Below are positions 1-14,040 of a DNA stretch of 64,000 nt, piece by piece. Origin of the DNA: Octopus vulgaris. Lineage: Eukaryota. Position 1 is the first letter of the stretch. Every line of letters starts with the position of its first letter. Location of the stretch: the NCBI GenBank assembly GCA_951406725.2, contig OX597814.1, forward strand, positions 154,442,001-154,506,000, given 5' to 3'. The notes under the pieces were generated by a model. That model worked only from the letters and a program-made list of their open reading frames with translations. It ran no database searches and was not told where the DNA came from. The position numbers were made by a program, and so were the translations under genes.

Positions 1-3000
1 CACACACACATATACGACAGGCTTCTTTCAGTTTCTGTCTACCAAATCCACTCACAAGGCTTTGGTCGGCCCGAGGCTATAGTAGAAGACACTTGCCCAA
101 GGTGTCACGCAGTGGGACTGAACCTAGAACCATGTGGTTGGTAAGCAAACTACTTACCACACAGCCACTCCTTTTTTGATGTCCACTTTTTCATGTTAGC
201 ATTGGTCAGAGTTTACAGAGGCAGATTTTTTTTTTTTACAGCTGGACACCTTTCCTGTTACCAATTCTCACCTGTTTCCAAGCAAGGTAATATTTCTTGG
301 TGGCCAGATACATTTTTGCAGAATACTGGAAATGAGTGGTACAACTTGTACGACAGTAACACCCATTTAGAGCTATCACTCATTATATCAAGATGAGACA
401 CAGAGACACACACATACACACATACACATGCATGCTTGATGGACTCCTTTCAATTTTAATACATATATAGGATGGGCTTCTTTCAGTTTCCGTCTACCAA
501 ATCCACTCATAAGGCTTTGGTCGGCCCGAGGCTATAGTAGAAGACACTTGCCTAAGGTGCCATGCAGTGGGACTGAACCTGGAACAATGTAGTTGGTTAG
601 CAAGCTACTTACTGATGGCCTGGTTGATACTCTGATATGTATGTAATACATACAGTAGTACATATTCACATTAAGAAGACAATATTGAAATACATTATAA
701 ATTCCCCTCACATTTCACCCTACCATAATGAAAATAAGAGGGGGGAAAAAAAGCAGAGAACACATTAGATAATGTAGTCTAAGATATCATTAAACAAATG
801 GAATGGTCACATGTGGAATGCCTTTGATAAAATATCTGCATGAATCAGAGTTGATGTCATCTGAGAAACATCAAGGATCAAGTGATTTTCATATAAAGCA
901 ACATGTGTTTGTTTCTCAATGAGTGCACTGAATCCCTAGAAGCCTTCACTGAGCTGAAATTACAGTGAATAAATGTGTGTGCTTGCATGTGTGTGTGTGT
1001 GAGAGAGAGAGTATGTGTATGTATTTGTGAGAGTGTGAATGTGTGTATGTGTGTGTGCATTTGTGAGAGTGTAAGTGTGTGTATTTATGAGAGTGTGTGT
1101 GAGTGTGTATGTATATGTGTGTGTGTGTGTGAGCTTGTTTCAATGCATGTAATTTATTGAAAGCTGTAACTTAACAAATCATTAATTAATTTCTCATTGT
1201 CCTTGGACAATTATATAAAAAGAAAACAAAAACAACAACAGGGTTACAAACAGATGCACAAGACTAAATAAGGAGACTTATTCTGATTGGTTGACAATTT
1301 TTAAAAAAATCCAAATATATTCAATAAATGACAATAACTATTTATTTATATATTCTCATATGTCACATTATTTTTTGCATATACTGCAGTCAGCAATGGA
1401 TATATACATGTTTCAAAAAATATTTTTCATTTACAAATTGCTGAACCAATCAAATCAATAATTATTATAAAAATTCTGCTCATTTATGATCTTGTGTACC
1501 TATTTATAACCCTGCTTTACCATTTTATCAGTGGTTGTTCTAAGTTTAGCAACAAGTATAATGGTTTGCAAAAATCCCATCTTCTAATAAATAAACTATT
1601 CTATTTTTATACTGGTTTCAAATTTTGGCACAAGGCCAGCAATTTCAGGAGAAGAGTAAGTTGATTATATTGACCCTAGTACTCAACTGGTACTTATTTT
1701 ATCAAGGATGAAAAGTAAAGTCAACCTCATCGGAATTTGAACTCAGAATGTAAAGATAGATGAAATGCCACTAAGCTTGGCATGCTAATGATTCTTATTT
1801 CTTTATTGCCCACAAGGGGCTAAACACAGAGGAGACAAACAAGGCCAGACAAAAGGATTAAGCTGATTAGATCAACCCCAGTGCGTAACTGGTACTTATT
1901 TAATCGACCCTGAAAGGATGAAAGGCAAAGTCGACCTCGGCGGAATTTGAACTCAGAAAGTAAAGACAGACGAAATACCTATTTCTTTACTACTCACAAG
2001 GGGCTAAACACAGAGAGGATAGACAAGGACAGACAAACGGATTAAGTCGATTATATTGACCCCCAGTGCGTAACTGGTACTTAATTTATTAACCCTGAAA
2101 GGATGAAAAGCAAAGTCGACCTCGGCGGAATTTGAACTCAGAACGTAACGGCAGACGAAATATCGCTAAGCATTTCGCCCGGTGGGATAACATTTCTGCC
2201 TGCTTGCCGCCAGCTTGAATCAGCATGTTAACGATTCTGCCAACTGGTCACCTTACTCTATTTTTATATTGATTACTTATTTGCCCTCATTTGTATTCAT
2301 CTCCCCACTCTCTCTTTCAATATACACATGTATGTGCAGGTGTGGCTGTGTGGTTCAGAAGCTCAGTTCTCAACCATGTGATCTTGGGTTCAGTCCTACT
2401 GTGCAGTACCTTGAGCAAGTGTCTTCTACTATAACCATAACCTCAGGCTGGCCAAAGTATTGTGAATGGATCTGGCAGACGGAAGTGGCATGAAATGGTG
2501 AGAAATGACATTCAGATTTTGGGCCTCACAGAAAAGATGACAATGGACTGAGACAACTGGCAACATGCTACACTTGAGAAGGATCCTACCAACAAAGTAA
2601 AATCCATGTCCATGACCTCCTCCAGCAACCCACCCATGCTCACCACCACTGTTTCTCTTCTCCCCTCATTTCTCCATCATGTCTTCATCTATCTATCTGC
2701 ACACAATATGCCCCTGTTAAATCCCTTCCAACCCCACCTATAGCTCCCACTCTCCTTTCGAAATCTTGTGAACTCACTCACCTATCAACCCTCTCTCTAA
2801 TCCCTAGTCCACTCCACTCTATACACCATCCTGTAACTTGGATGTACGACTCCTTCCCCCTCTCTATCAAATCTACACCATCTTTTTCTCTCTTTTCTCA
2901 CTCTCTCTCTCCTATCCGAGAAAGCTATGTTTCTCTTCTAATGCAAGATGCCTCTCTGTCCCTCAATACTAAACCCCACCCCAGTTGGGTTTTTTAGTTC

Positions 3001-4099
3001 AGCAAGTTACTTGGTGGCTTCACTACTGCTGGTGCCATGTAAGAAGCACCAGAGCAGTGGTGAGTTGGCAGAAATGTTAGCACGCCGGGCGAAATGCTTA
3101 GCGGTATATTGTCTGCCGTTACATTCTGAGTTCAAATTCTGCCGAGGTTGACTTTGCCTTTCATCCTTTCGAGGTCAATAAATTAAGTACCAGTTATGCA
3201 CTGGGATTGATGTAATCAACTTAATCCCTTTGTTTGTCCCCTCTATGTTTAGCCCCATGTGGGCAATAAATAAATAAGATCACCAGTACACTCTGTAAAG
3301 TGGTTGGTGTTAGGAAGGGTATCCAGCTGTGGAAACCATGCCAAAACAGACAGCTGGTGCAGTCTTCTGACTTGCCTATTCCTGTGAAACTGTCCAACTC
3401 TTGCTAGCATGGAAAATGAGTGTTAAAGGATGATGATGATAATGATGATGATATATGCATGTAATGTGTGTGAATGTTCCTGTGTACTCTTGGCTAGACA
3501 TGTGATAATTGTAAATGAGCATCATTGTCTTACAAGCAGAGCTGTTTGTTTCCAGTCTTCAGTAAAAAACATGCCTGGCTATGGGTAAACATTAACTTGC
3601 TTGGAAACAAATGGGGGTTGGCAATCGAAAGGGCATCTGGCCACAGGCAATCGTGTCCAAATAAATTCCGTTTGACCTATGTTTTGAAAAGTAGACATTA
3701 CAACAACTACAACGATGATGGTGATAATGATGATGATATATAGATTATTGAATATTTCTGTTTATAAACAAAGAAAAAAATAATCAATAAATAAAAAGGG
3801 TGTGTATAATTTATTAAAAGCTAAAGTTTCTAGAATCATAACTAGTGCTTAGGTTAAAAGCATGACAGCAGTGTGTGTATTGATAAATGCATTATTGATA
3901 AATACATTGGAGTATATTGAATAACTGAGATTTCAATCGTTGCAGAATAAATTGTTAGAAAATGCATCATATTTACCTATTCAATCATGAAAAGAATGTA
4001 GGAATGTTTACATATGTTGTGAAAATATTTTTTTCAGTAAGCTGTATATACCTTTTTATTACGCTAATATTTGTAACTGTTATCTGAACTTGATAACCT

Positions 4100-4720
4100 A
4101 AAAGAAACATGCTATTGAAAGATCAGATGTTAGGATTGTTGTAGTTACATAGAGGAGAGTTGTCCATGTTCATGCTTGAAAGTTTGCTTCTATTTATACT
4201 AACTATTAAAGCAGTGAAGATTTGGTGTAACTCCAGTCTATTTTAATGCTATTTCTATAAAACATTTTATGATATCTATGGTCCACTTGGAAATACTTAT
4301 TTGTAAGGCTTAGAAAATCCTAGCAACGTTGGAATGAACATTTCAACTACATAACTGATCATACCATATAGTATTTAATTTTCTATATTTATGTTTATGT
4401 GAGTTAGTGTTCTATCTTTGAAACTTGTCTTTTAATGCACCACTGTAATAATAATCAGTATGTTATCAGAGGATAAGTAAAATAGGTAGATAAGTACTTA
4501 CTAGTATTACTAATTAAAGTTTTTAAGGACCATTGGGGATGGTAGGAATACTAATACAAAACAATTCATCATTAGGTTTACAATAAGGGCAGTATTTACC
4601 AGTGCCTAAATTTATTGTTACCTTTAAGAAACTAACAATAATTTGATCTATACCTATTATGATATTTAAATCTAATTCTTTGGATGTGTTGATAATGAAA
4701 TCCATTCTAACACCATCTAT
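4100..4720 (-). mobile_element. Degenerate Penelope-like RT remnant
   Basis: IVSFLKVTINLGTGKYCPYCKPNDEL resembles the PLE RT motif VxFLDVTxxLxxGxYxPYxKPN. The left boundary is uncertain. Confidence 0.6.
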
Positions 4721-4727
4721 GTGCAGT

Positions 4728-5220
4728 CAATCATCATCATCATCTTCATCGTCATCGTTTAACATTTGCTTTCCATGCTGGCATGGGTTGGATGGTTTGA
4801 CTGAGGACTAGTGAGCCAGAAGCTGCACCAGGCTCAATCTGGTCTTCCTAACACCAACAACTCAGAGAGTGTAGTAGGTGCTTTTTACGTGCCACCAGCA
4901 TGAGGGCCAGTCAGGCAGTTCTGGCAACGACCACGCTCACACTCAAAAGACCAGGCTCAATCTGGTCTTCCTAACGCCAACAACCCCAAGAATGTAGTAG
5001 GAGCTTTTTACGTGCTACCTGCACGGGAGCCAGTCTGGTGGCACTGGCAACGACCATGCTTGAATGTTGTTTCTCACGTGCCACCGGCATGGGAGCCAAT
5101 CCGTGGTCCTGGCAACAGTCACACTTGGATGTGCTTTTAACATTCCAGTGGCATGAGTGCCAATCAGGCGGTACTGTCATCGACCACATCAGCGGTTTTA
5201 GTTTGTTTACACTTGCCTCA
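4728..5220 (-). mobile_element. RTE LINE 3'UTR fragment
   Basis: (CAT)n tail plus ccatgctggcatgggttgg and gtgccaccagca repeats. Related 3' ends at ~3280-3450, 14360-14590, 18060-18350, 19630-20064 and 39640-39930. Confidence 0.8.
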
Positions 5221-5536
5221 ATAGTTCTTTGTATTAGTAAATAATAGTAAATGATGTTATATTTATGTAGAACACAGCATAATTTAGAATAACAGAAACA
5301 TGTATGGTGTAGATAACTCAATATCCAGTCAGTTGTGTAGCTAGTGGTGGTAAGTGTGAAAGGGGCTGTCTACTCTGAGTGATGCTTTTTATGGGTGAGG
5401 GGAAGTACTTTTGGATTTGCTACAAACAAATCATTTGTGGGGTTGTTCAGCAAAAAATTGCAAAACCATCTTTTGCAGTCTACAAGAGACTACTAGTATC
5501 ATCATTATGCTTGTGTGTATGTGTGTGCGCATGTTT

Positions 5537-5590
<54 letters not shown>

Positions 5591-5662
5591 CATTGCATGT
5601 AAAATATTAAAAGCTACTCACACTTCGCCTAAGAATGTAAAAATGTATTATATACAATTCAA

Positions 5663-5868
5663 CCCTTTAACATTCATATACTCTATCAAATACAATGCTT
5701 ATTTATCACTTTAAATTAATCATGCATTATCTTGTAGCTTCAAAATTTTGATGATGTGATTGCTTATTTTTAGAACAACATTGTAGGGTAGGTATGAGAC
5801 GCTGGATCTGGCCAGTTTGAACAGGTAGAATATTTGACCCAGATATGGCTGGTTTATATGCTAAAGGG
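5663..5868. mobile_element. piggyBac-type MITE
   Basis: TIRs CCCTTTAACAT / ATGCTAAAGGG flanked by decayed TTAA (tcaa, ctaa). An inverted second copy lies at 23113-23333. Confidence 0.75.
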
Positions 5869-6022
5869 CTAAACTTTCTCTATGTAGACTAGAGAGAATA
5901 GACAGAATTGGAGTGTATAAGTTCATTTCCATGGTGATGAATTGGAGTGTACAGGTCATCTCCATGGTGACTAAATATTCAAAGACAGGTTATATTAGGG
6001 AAGTAGGATAACTGGTACTTAC

Positions 6023-6102
6023 TTTGTTTCTCCCAGTTTTGCAAAAGTGTAGTAAACACATTTTAAAAAGTCTCGTGGAATTTTCTTTAAGCCCAAGATA
6101 TT
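6023..6102 (-). CDS. SLC26A11: SLC26A11-like exon (NILGLKKIPRDFLKCVYYTFAKLGET); gene continues beyond the window's left edge
   Basis: Poly-T ccag| acceptor, AA|GTAAGT donor, 80 nt, phase 0. Continues the conserved QxKxxLGL motif. Confidence 0.9.
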
Positions 6103-8487
6103 CTGGAAAAAAAAAACAAACAAAAAACTCAGTTGTTATTTGACAGACAGAAATTTACGCACTTAGCAACACTCCTTTTCTTATAGAATTGAATTAAAGG
6201 AGCCTCTATATGATTCCTTGCACTACTAGAAACTGCAGCTAAATTTCCCTTAAATAGTGCCCTGCCTTCTTCCTTTTCTTCCTTCCACATTCCATCACTT
6301 CACTTACCCTGTTTCATCCTTCCTCTCTGCTATTAACACCAGAACATCTACTTACAACTCCCAAGATAAACATTTCTTTATGCTTGGCCCCTGCACCTCC
6401 TTTGCAACTGCTCTGATGCTGCTGTATGGGTCACTTGTACAGGAGTTCACTGTTGGTCCGTGGTGAAGTAATTCATGAACAGTGAAGTGTTGAAACCTGG
6501 GTGAGTTGCTTGCTGAGCTGTGTATGTATCATCTCTCTATGTACACAGCTCAGCTCACACACACACAAATCTATGTACATAGAGAGATGATGCTGATGTT
6601 TTACCACTAAGAAATGTTCTCAAGAAAATTTAGCAAACACCAGAACGTAAGTGAGCAAGACAAATGAAAGTAACAAAAATATAGACTATTCACAAACATG
6701 TTTCACTATCACCAGATTACATAATTTTACTTATGCAATTTTCCGTAGATCTTCAGTGTGACCGTCAATACAAATATAATTTGCAGAACTATACGCGAGA
6801 CGTCCAAGGTCAGACATATATCTAGTTCTACCTATAGACCATAGCGGATCTACTTCTAGCATAAGGGTTGTCTACATAGTGGTCATCCCTCTAATATGCA
6901 TGTAATACAATTTACTGAACCTTCAGATTTTAATATGCTAGACCACTGGGTTTAAATTGATGTATATAAATACATACTGAAAGTAATAGAAGTGAAACTA
7001 ATATATATAGATATATAATGAAAGCAATTGAAATTGAAACCATATAATAGTGAAAGTATTAACAGAGATGTCATTGTTTCACTTTTGACATGTAATACGG
7101 AAACAGCGTAAGAGGGAAGAGATTGCTCCAGGCTTGCATTAGGCAAGAAGTTGAAAATTTTTTTGACCCATGACACTGTATGGACCCTAAGTAATGCATG
7201 TGTAAAATTTGAATGAAATCTGTCGGGTAGTTCTTGAGTTTTAGTGATGCACACATACAGACACACACACACATTCTCAGTTTTCTATATATATATATAT
7301 ATATATAGATACATAAAATACACAAAATATGTATGCTTTATATATATATATAATGTAACAGTTGTTGAAACAGATTGCCACTTAATAGTATAAAACTAAA
7401 CAAATGCGAAATCTTTAAATATGGTCATTCTATATATTTAACAATTTTAACAATATTTGTAATGCCTATCCAACATCAGCTGGTTTCTGCTTCTAATATA
7501 GAGGATTATTGATGTTTATGAAAGCAACATAGATACAAATCAATGGTTACAGATGTAAAACTGATTTTTCTGAAATTATGTTTTATGTAAATCAGATTAA
7601 TATAATACTATAGTGTGTTTTTTGACATCAATAACCTTTAGCATGTCAATTTTTATATCAATTATACCAAATTCATTTGTTATCTGCATTTCTGATCCAA
7701 GAACGTTGTATAAGCTATGAATAATGACCCTTTACTTTAAACATAAGATAAAGAAATAAAGGCTGTCAGCAAATACCTATCCAACTACATATATATACAT
7801 ATACATACATACGTGTATATATTTATGTATTATTTGAAATTCGAATACTTAATCAATTAGTCTGTCCTGACATATCAGTCACAATACTGATAAGGTATAT
7901 ATGCTCTAGTTCATTTTTATTCAAAGCTAGTCACCAAATCAGAAACAAAGTTCTGTCAGTTGAAGTTGGACAACATTAGCTAGGTTGTCATGCATGCTTG
8001 ATGTCATTTTCTCTGAGGCTTAATTAAATTATTTTATTATTATTTTTTTTTTTTTGGCAGGAATCAAGCCAGTCAATAACAAAATGACAAGGTGGTTTTG
8101 TTTAAGTCAAAACAGGGATTTGTGAATAAGAGGGCAAGTTAGTGTGTTTATATATGTAGGTGTTTCATACTATACATCTTTTATTTTTTACTTGTTTCAG
8201 TCATTAGACTGTGGCCATGCTGGGGCACTGCCTTGAAGAATGTTAGTTGAGTAAATTGACCTCAGGACTTATTTTTTAAAACTTGGTACTTATACTATCT
8301 GTCACCTTTGCTGAATTGCTAATTTACACCAGTTGTCAAGCAGTAGTGGGGAACAAACACAGACTCAAAGACACACTCAAATGCTAATGATGATGATGAT
8401 GATGATAATGGATCCACTTTGACACTTAGTGGTTAGTGAATGTTTTCAAAGGAGTGTGTCTGTATGCATGTATGAGTGTGTGTGTGA

Positions 8488-8558
<71 letters not shown>

Positions 8559-8626
8559 CTGCACATATATGTATTTGTGAATATGCTTGTTTTCATATGT
8601 GTAGATGTTTCAAGAGATAGACCTAC

Positions 8627-8712
8627 CTTGACTTGTCCAATACTGATTGTAATAGCAGCAGCACTTGTAAAAGAGTTAATCACAGGGTAGGATATGAAAT
8701 TTACTAGAATTC
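8627..8712 (-). CDS. SLC26A11: SLC26A11-like exon (G-ILVNFISYPVINSFTSAAAITISIGQVK)
   Basis: ctttgcag| acceptor, AAG|GTAGGT donor, 86 nt, phase 1 to 0. FISxPVxxxFTSAAA motif. Confidence 0.95.
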
Positions 8713-10959
8713 CTGCAAAGAAACAAAATGAAAATTTCCTCAGACTTTGATAACAATTATAGATTATTTAGTAGAGAATATTTTACACTTGAGTGTAATC
8801 TGACATATGCTGGGTAATGTTGGGAATATATTTTTGCCCTTGTGGCAAAACTCAGTTAATGTAATATACTTACAATAATAATTATAATTTTATTTTTCAA
8901 ATTTCATGAATTTCATGTATTTATACAAAATAATTATCATTTGTTGTCGGTTTTCCATGTTGGTATGGGTTGTCATTTTCAAAATAAAAATATTCTTGAA
9001 TTAAAGAAAAAATAAAACAAATTTCTCATTTGCATAGTCACAATACATATAGGTTGCCAATAGTCAATTGTTTTAACTATCATTCACAAATGTAATATTG
9101 TCTGATATTATCCACAGTGGCAAAACTATAACCCTAGCATCATTTCTTAAATGACAGCAAACAACTTAGCTTTAATATAGTAAACAAAGGTGATAAAGCC
9201 CTTAAAATTAGAGTTATCTTCCTTTGCAGGCTGTACAAACATAAAGAAATCAAGATATACTGCCAATTTTATTAACAGCTGGTTCTTTATGGAAACATAG
9301 ATATTCAAATCATTAATAGTGAATATTGATTTAGTGGTAGTTTTTGGTTCATTCCTAGATTGATCTTATTGCATTGCATTTTTATTTGAAATAACTGCTG
9401 GTATTAAAGAATAAGGATGTTAGTGACAATGAGTCTATAAAAGACATATAAGCCGTAAGCTTTCTATTACCTGGACATTTAAATGAAAGTATTGATGAAG
9501 AGGCTCTATGTGGTTGCTCATTTACTAGAAATTACAGTGAAATTTTTCTCAAAACAAACCTTACCATCTTAAACAAAGGAAATATTGTATAATCTAGTCC
9601 TGGACAGTCTCAAAATGAGATGGGATGGCCATGATGGGTAATACCTTTTAGGTTAACCAACAATACCAAAGAGCAGCATCAACAACATGAATGGCATTCT
9701 TTGTCAGAAACCTGATAATCTTAATTATCTGCACCATTTTGTATAGTGATCATATTAAAAATACTCTCTTTTACTCTTTTACTTGTTTCAGTCATTTGAC
9801 TGCGGCCATGCTGGAGCACCATCTTTAGTCAAGCAAATCGCCCCCAGGACTTATTCTTTGTAAGCCTAGTACTTATTCTATCAGTCTCTTTTGCCAAACC
9901 ACTAAGTTACAGGGATGTAAACACACCAGCATCGATTGTCAAGCGATGTTGGGGGGACAAACACAGACAAACAAACATATACATATATAGATATATATGA
10001 TGGGCATCTTTCAGTTTCTGTTTACCAAATCCACTCACAAGGCTTTGGTCGGCCTGAGGCTATAGTAGAAGACACTTGCCCAAAGTTCCATGCAGTGTCA
10101 ATGAACCCGGAACAATGTGGTTGGTAAGCAAGCTACTTACCACACAGCCACTCCTGCCACTATCTACAGACTTAGGTTAAACAACACTCTCTAATTATAT
10201 AATTTAGTTTACTTAAGAGTAATGTACAGAATAACAATTAAATCTATTGCTTCTCTACATGAACTATGTTAGTCCCACACCCACTGAACTATTTGATATA
10301 GTTTGTCTCTCATTATTTTAGCTAAACAAAACAATACTGTTGAATATAAATTTTCCCATGCAAGGTCATGAGAAAGTGTGAAGCTTGATATCTGTAAAGT
10401 TAATGACATTTATAGCGGCATGGTGGTTCTGGGTAAGCAGTCAATAGGTTTAGAAAAGCAACTCTTCTTTTTGGAAGAACATACTATCTTTTATATTTTA
10501 CCTGTTTCAGTCATTAGACCGTAGCCATTTTAGGGTACTAGCTTGAATTATTAGTTGAATGAATTGACCCCAGTACTTATATTTTTAAGCCCGGTACTTA
10601 TTTTATCGGTCTCTTTTGTCAAACTGCTAAGTTATGGGGACATAAACATACGAGCACCAGTTGTCAAATGGTGATAGGGGGACAAACACAGACATGCATG
10701 CATAGATTTATATACATATATATATATATAAATATATATATATACACACACACACAATGGGCTTCTTCTTTCAGTTTCTGTCCACCAAATCCACTCACAA
10801 GGCTTTGCTTGGCCCAAGACTATAGTAGAAGACACTTGCCCAAGGAGCCATGCAGGAATCAAGTGGTTGGGAAGCAAGCTTCTTATAACACAGCCACCCC
10901 TGCACCTATGTATACTAGTATATATTTCCCCTAAGTTCACATGTGTGAAGCGAATACTC

Positions 10960-11185
10960 AACATCAAGTGGCTGCAAAAGGGTCTGAAATGACAACAGGC
11001 ATCAACAGGATCAGTGATGAAATAAGACACAGATGCTGGAAGTGGATCAGACACGTTCTCAGACAAGATCAAGAGAGTGATTGTATGGTAGCACTAAAGT
11101 GGAAGCCCAAGGGGAAAAGAGCGGCAGGATGCCCTAAAACCACACGGTGAAGGACCATTCACAAGGAAAGGTGGAAATCTGATTT
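10960..11185 (+). mobile_element. LINE (RTE-like) C-terminal fragment
   Basis: WKWIRHVLR...ALKWKPKGKRAAGCPKTT is a decayed WxWxGHxLR...GKRxxGRPxxTW motif. Confidence 0.75.
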
Positions 11186-11362
11186 TAATATGAATGATGT
11201 GAAGCTTCATTCAGTCAGCACCACTCTAATATACACTGATATAATAAAGTTAGATACTTAATAGGAGATCTTGTCAAAATCTTGGTTATATTGAAAATAG
11301 AATGAAACACATAGGAATTAGAAATTACAAATATAAGCACAAAAATTTTTTAGGGAACTTAC

Positions 11363-11567
11363 CAAGATTAAAAAATCCCATTAACAATTGGATTATTCCA
11401 CAGAAAAATGCTAATAAGATAGCATATGTTGGATCATTGTTGACAGGGGAATTCCCAAATGCTGCAGTCATTAAGGACATGATGGCAGTGGGTCCAAGTG
11501 TGATATCTTTGGCAGTCCCCAGGATGCAGTACACAAAACAACCCATAAATGCTGCATAAAGGCCATA
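11363..11567 (-). CDS. SLC26A11: SLC26A11-like exon (YGLYAAFMGCFVYCILGTAKDITLGPTAIMSLMT...GFFNL)
   Basis: ttttccag| acceptor, G|GTAAGT donor, 205 nt. Sulfate-transporter signature; YGLYxAFMGCFVY..GTxKDxTLGPTAIMSL is typical of the SLC26A11 clade. Confidence 0.96.
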
Positions 11568-11629
11568 CTGGAAAAAAAAGCAAAGTTATATTAGAAATGA
11601 TTTTGTTAGCATCTGTACAGTTTATGTAA

Positions 11630-12180
11630 TCTATTATATAAAATCCGTTCTGTCTGTCTGTGTGTGTCTTCTAGGATCTCGGGCATCCTCCATCCGATTG
11701 CACTCAAATTTGATATGTAGATACCAACGGTATCAGGGTGTGTCTTGAAAAATTTACAAAAAATCGATTCTAGGTGAGAATGCAATTGATAAAGCTGTTT
11801 TTGTCCTACTTTTCTTCCGTCAACCTGTACATAACTGCACCTTCCATTTTTTTGTTATTTTTGTACTGCTTAAAGGCCCATTTCTTTCCTGTCAAGCTTA
11901 CTGTTTAAACCATGTTTGTGTTCTCCCAGTCAACAGCCTTATCATTACTGGTACTTTAAACTCTTCAGTTGCATATTTATGTGAATAAAATTCTTTTTTC
12001 TTTGGAATAGAAAAAAAGTCTATCTTTATTTCTTCTTTTGTTGATGTCTCAAATTTAGGTTAAATCAGTGTTTCTCAAAGGGGAGGCCTATAGGATGGTC
12101 GGACAAGATGTTTTGAGAAAGTTTGGTTTAAATGTTTGACAACTCAGCACCGTCCATTGGACGAGGGGCATTTTGCTCAT
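11630..12180 (+). mobile_element. Helitron-like non-autonomous element
   Basis: A|TCTATTATATAAAA start. An internally deleted sister copy lies at ~28972-29290. Similar 5' ends occur on the minus strand near 7300 and 36962. Confidence 0.55.
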
Positions 12181-12905
12181 GTATTATATTTGTAGATGAA
12201 ACAGAACAAGGAATTTGACTAATTTAATCTGCAGGTCAGTATAATTATGATCAAAAGCATTCTAGCTATGATTATGTAATTTTAAATTTAGATATGCTAT
12301 ATCTTAGACTACATTGCTTGATGTGACCTTCCATTATTTTTATGGTAGAGCGTGATTTGTGAGAAACTTGGTTGCTATTTCAAGCAAATCTCATTGATGA
12401 TCTTTCCTGATGATTTCATATTCATTACATAACAATCACAGCAACCTAAACTCTGGCCTTCTGCTTTAGGGTCAGAGAATACTTCAGGCTCCTTACCTCC
12501 TAATCTGAGGTAAAAACTACAATGGAATACAGTTTCCATAACTGTGATGACACTGTAAGTTTACATGGAAACTTTCAAGACCACATTCCTGAAAATACCA
12601 CCTGACTAACAGGTATGGAGTCATACAACAATATACTTCAATTTCTGTTTCAAGAAAGAATCACAAGACAAATTCTTCAAGCCAAGCAAACAAGCTGGAG
12701 ACCAAGGGGTAGACCAAGAATGAAATGGTTGGATAATATCCAAAGCCTCAGTTGGTTACATTTGGGAATCCAGCCAGAAGTGTACTGACAATTTTTTCTG
12801 ATGGGGGCCTTATGGGATAGGTGCCTGATGGCTCTGACCTCACAACCCTCCCAGGAAATATTAGGCAGAGAAAATGGATGGATGACATAAAAAAAAAAAA
12901 CTCAC

Positions 12906-13008
12906 CTGTGGAGGTAATCTAGCAATTTTGGCATAAGCAAGTCCTTGGGGAATAACTGTTAATGTTACAGTTAATCCAGCAATTATGTCTGATCTTAAAT
13001 AACTAAAC
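12906..13008 (-). CDS. SLC26A11: SLC26A11-like exon (R-FSYLRSDIIAGLTVTLTVIPQGLAYAKIARLPPQ)
   Basis: ttttcag| acceptor, CAG|GTGAGT donor, 103 nt, phase 2 to 0. SLC26/SulP TM1 signature DxxAGLTVxxxxIPQxxAYA. Confidence 0.96.
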
Positions 13009-13659
13009 CTGAAAATAAAATTAAAATTGAAAAAAATAAATGTTTGCATAAAAACTCTAAAAATGATGCTTCTGTGTTATAGAGAAGGGGGTGGGTTATA
13101 GATGGAGTTATGGTGCTATAATATATTCATTTACATGCATACAAACAGGTGCAGGTGTGGCTGTGTGGTAAGAAGCTTGCTTCCCAACCACATGGTTCCA
13201 GGTTCAGTTCCACTGTATGGCACCTTGGGCAAGTGTCTTCTATGATAGTCTTGAGCCAACCAAAGCCTTGCGTGTGGATTTCATAGATGGAAACTGAAAG
13301 AAACCTATCGTATGTGTGTGTGTGTGTGTATGTGTGTTTGTCCCCTTCAACTGCTTGACAGCTGTTGTTGGTGTCTTTACGTCCCTGTAACTCAGCAGTT
13401 TGGCAAAAGACACTGTCAGAAAAAGTATTAGGCTTTAAAAAAGTTGGTTTGTTCAACTAAAGCTCTTGAAGGTGGCGCCCTAGCATGGCCACAGTCAAAT
13501 GACTGAAACAAGTAGAAGATAAAAGATAAAGCAGAGATCTTTGCACTTACACAGATCTATGCAATATAAACACATATACACAGATCTTTATGCATGCGTG
13601 TGCACACACACACGGACTCAACATTTTTGCACATGCATGCACAAATGTGCAAATTCAAA

Positions 13660-14040
13660 TCTCTCTATATATAAAGCTGAAGTTGTCTGTGTATGACATG
13701 TTTGGTAGTCTTCAACTAACACTCTCTCCTCCAAGACCTTGCGGTGCAAGTTGAACAAAATTGAGAGTATGATAGAAAAAGGCTTGCTCTTCCTCCGTAG
13801 AAGAAAAAATTCAAATCGGACCATGTTAACACCAAAAATTATTTACATCAAAAAAGGTGCTTTTTTTCTATGAAAATCCCTGTTTTTTACTGCTATCTTG
13901 CCATTTTTTGGTGTATTTCAACCAGAAAAATGTTCACTTAAAGAGAATAACAAGCTACATAATGCAACATTTTTACTTTTCAAAAATTTCAATTCTTAAG
14001 GGTCAAAACAAACCCGGGCATAGCCAGGCGATACTGCTAG
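13660..14040 (+). mobile_element. Complete non-autonomous Helitron
   Basis: A|TC 5' end (TCTCTCTATATATAAAG), subterminal GC hairpin CCCGGGC-ATA-GCCAGG, 3' CTAG|T, no TSD. Confidence 0.8.

Noticed and set aside
1-6022. Further SLC26A11 exons
   Set aside because: I found no segment with splice sites, phase 2 and the expected transmembrane sequence. The next exon probably lies outside the window.
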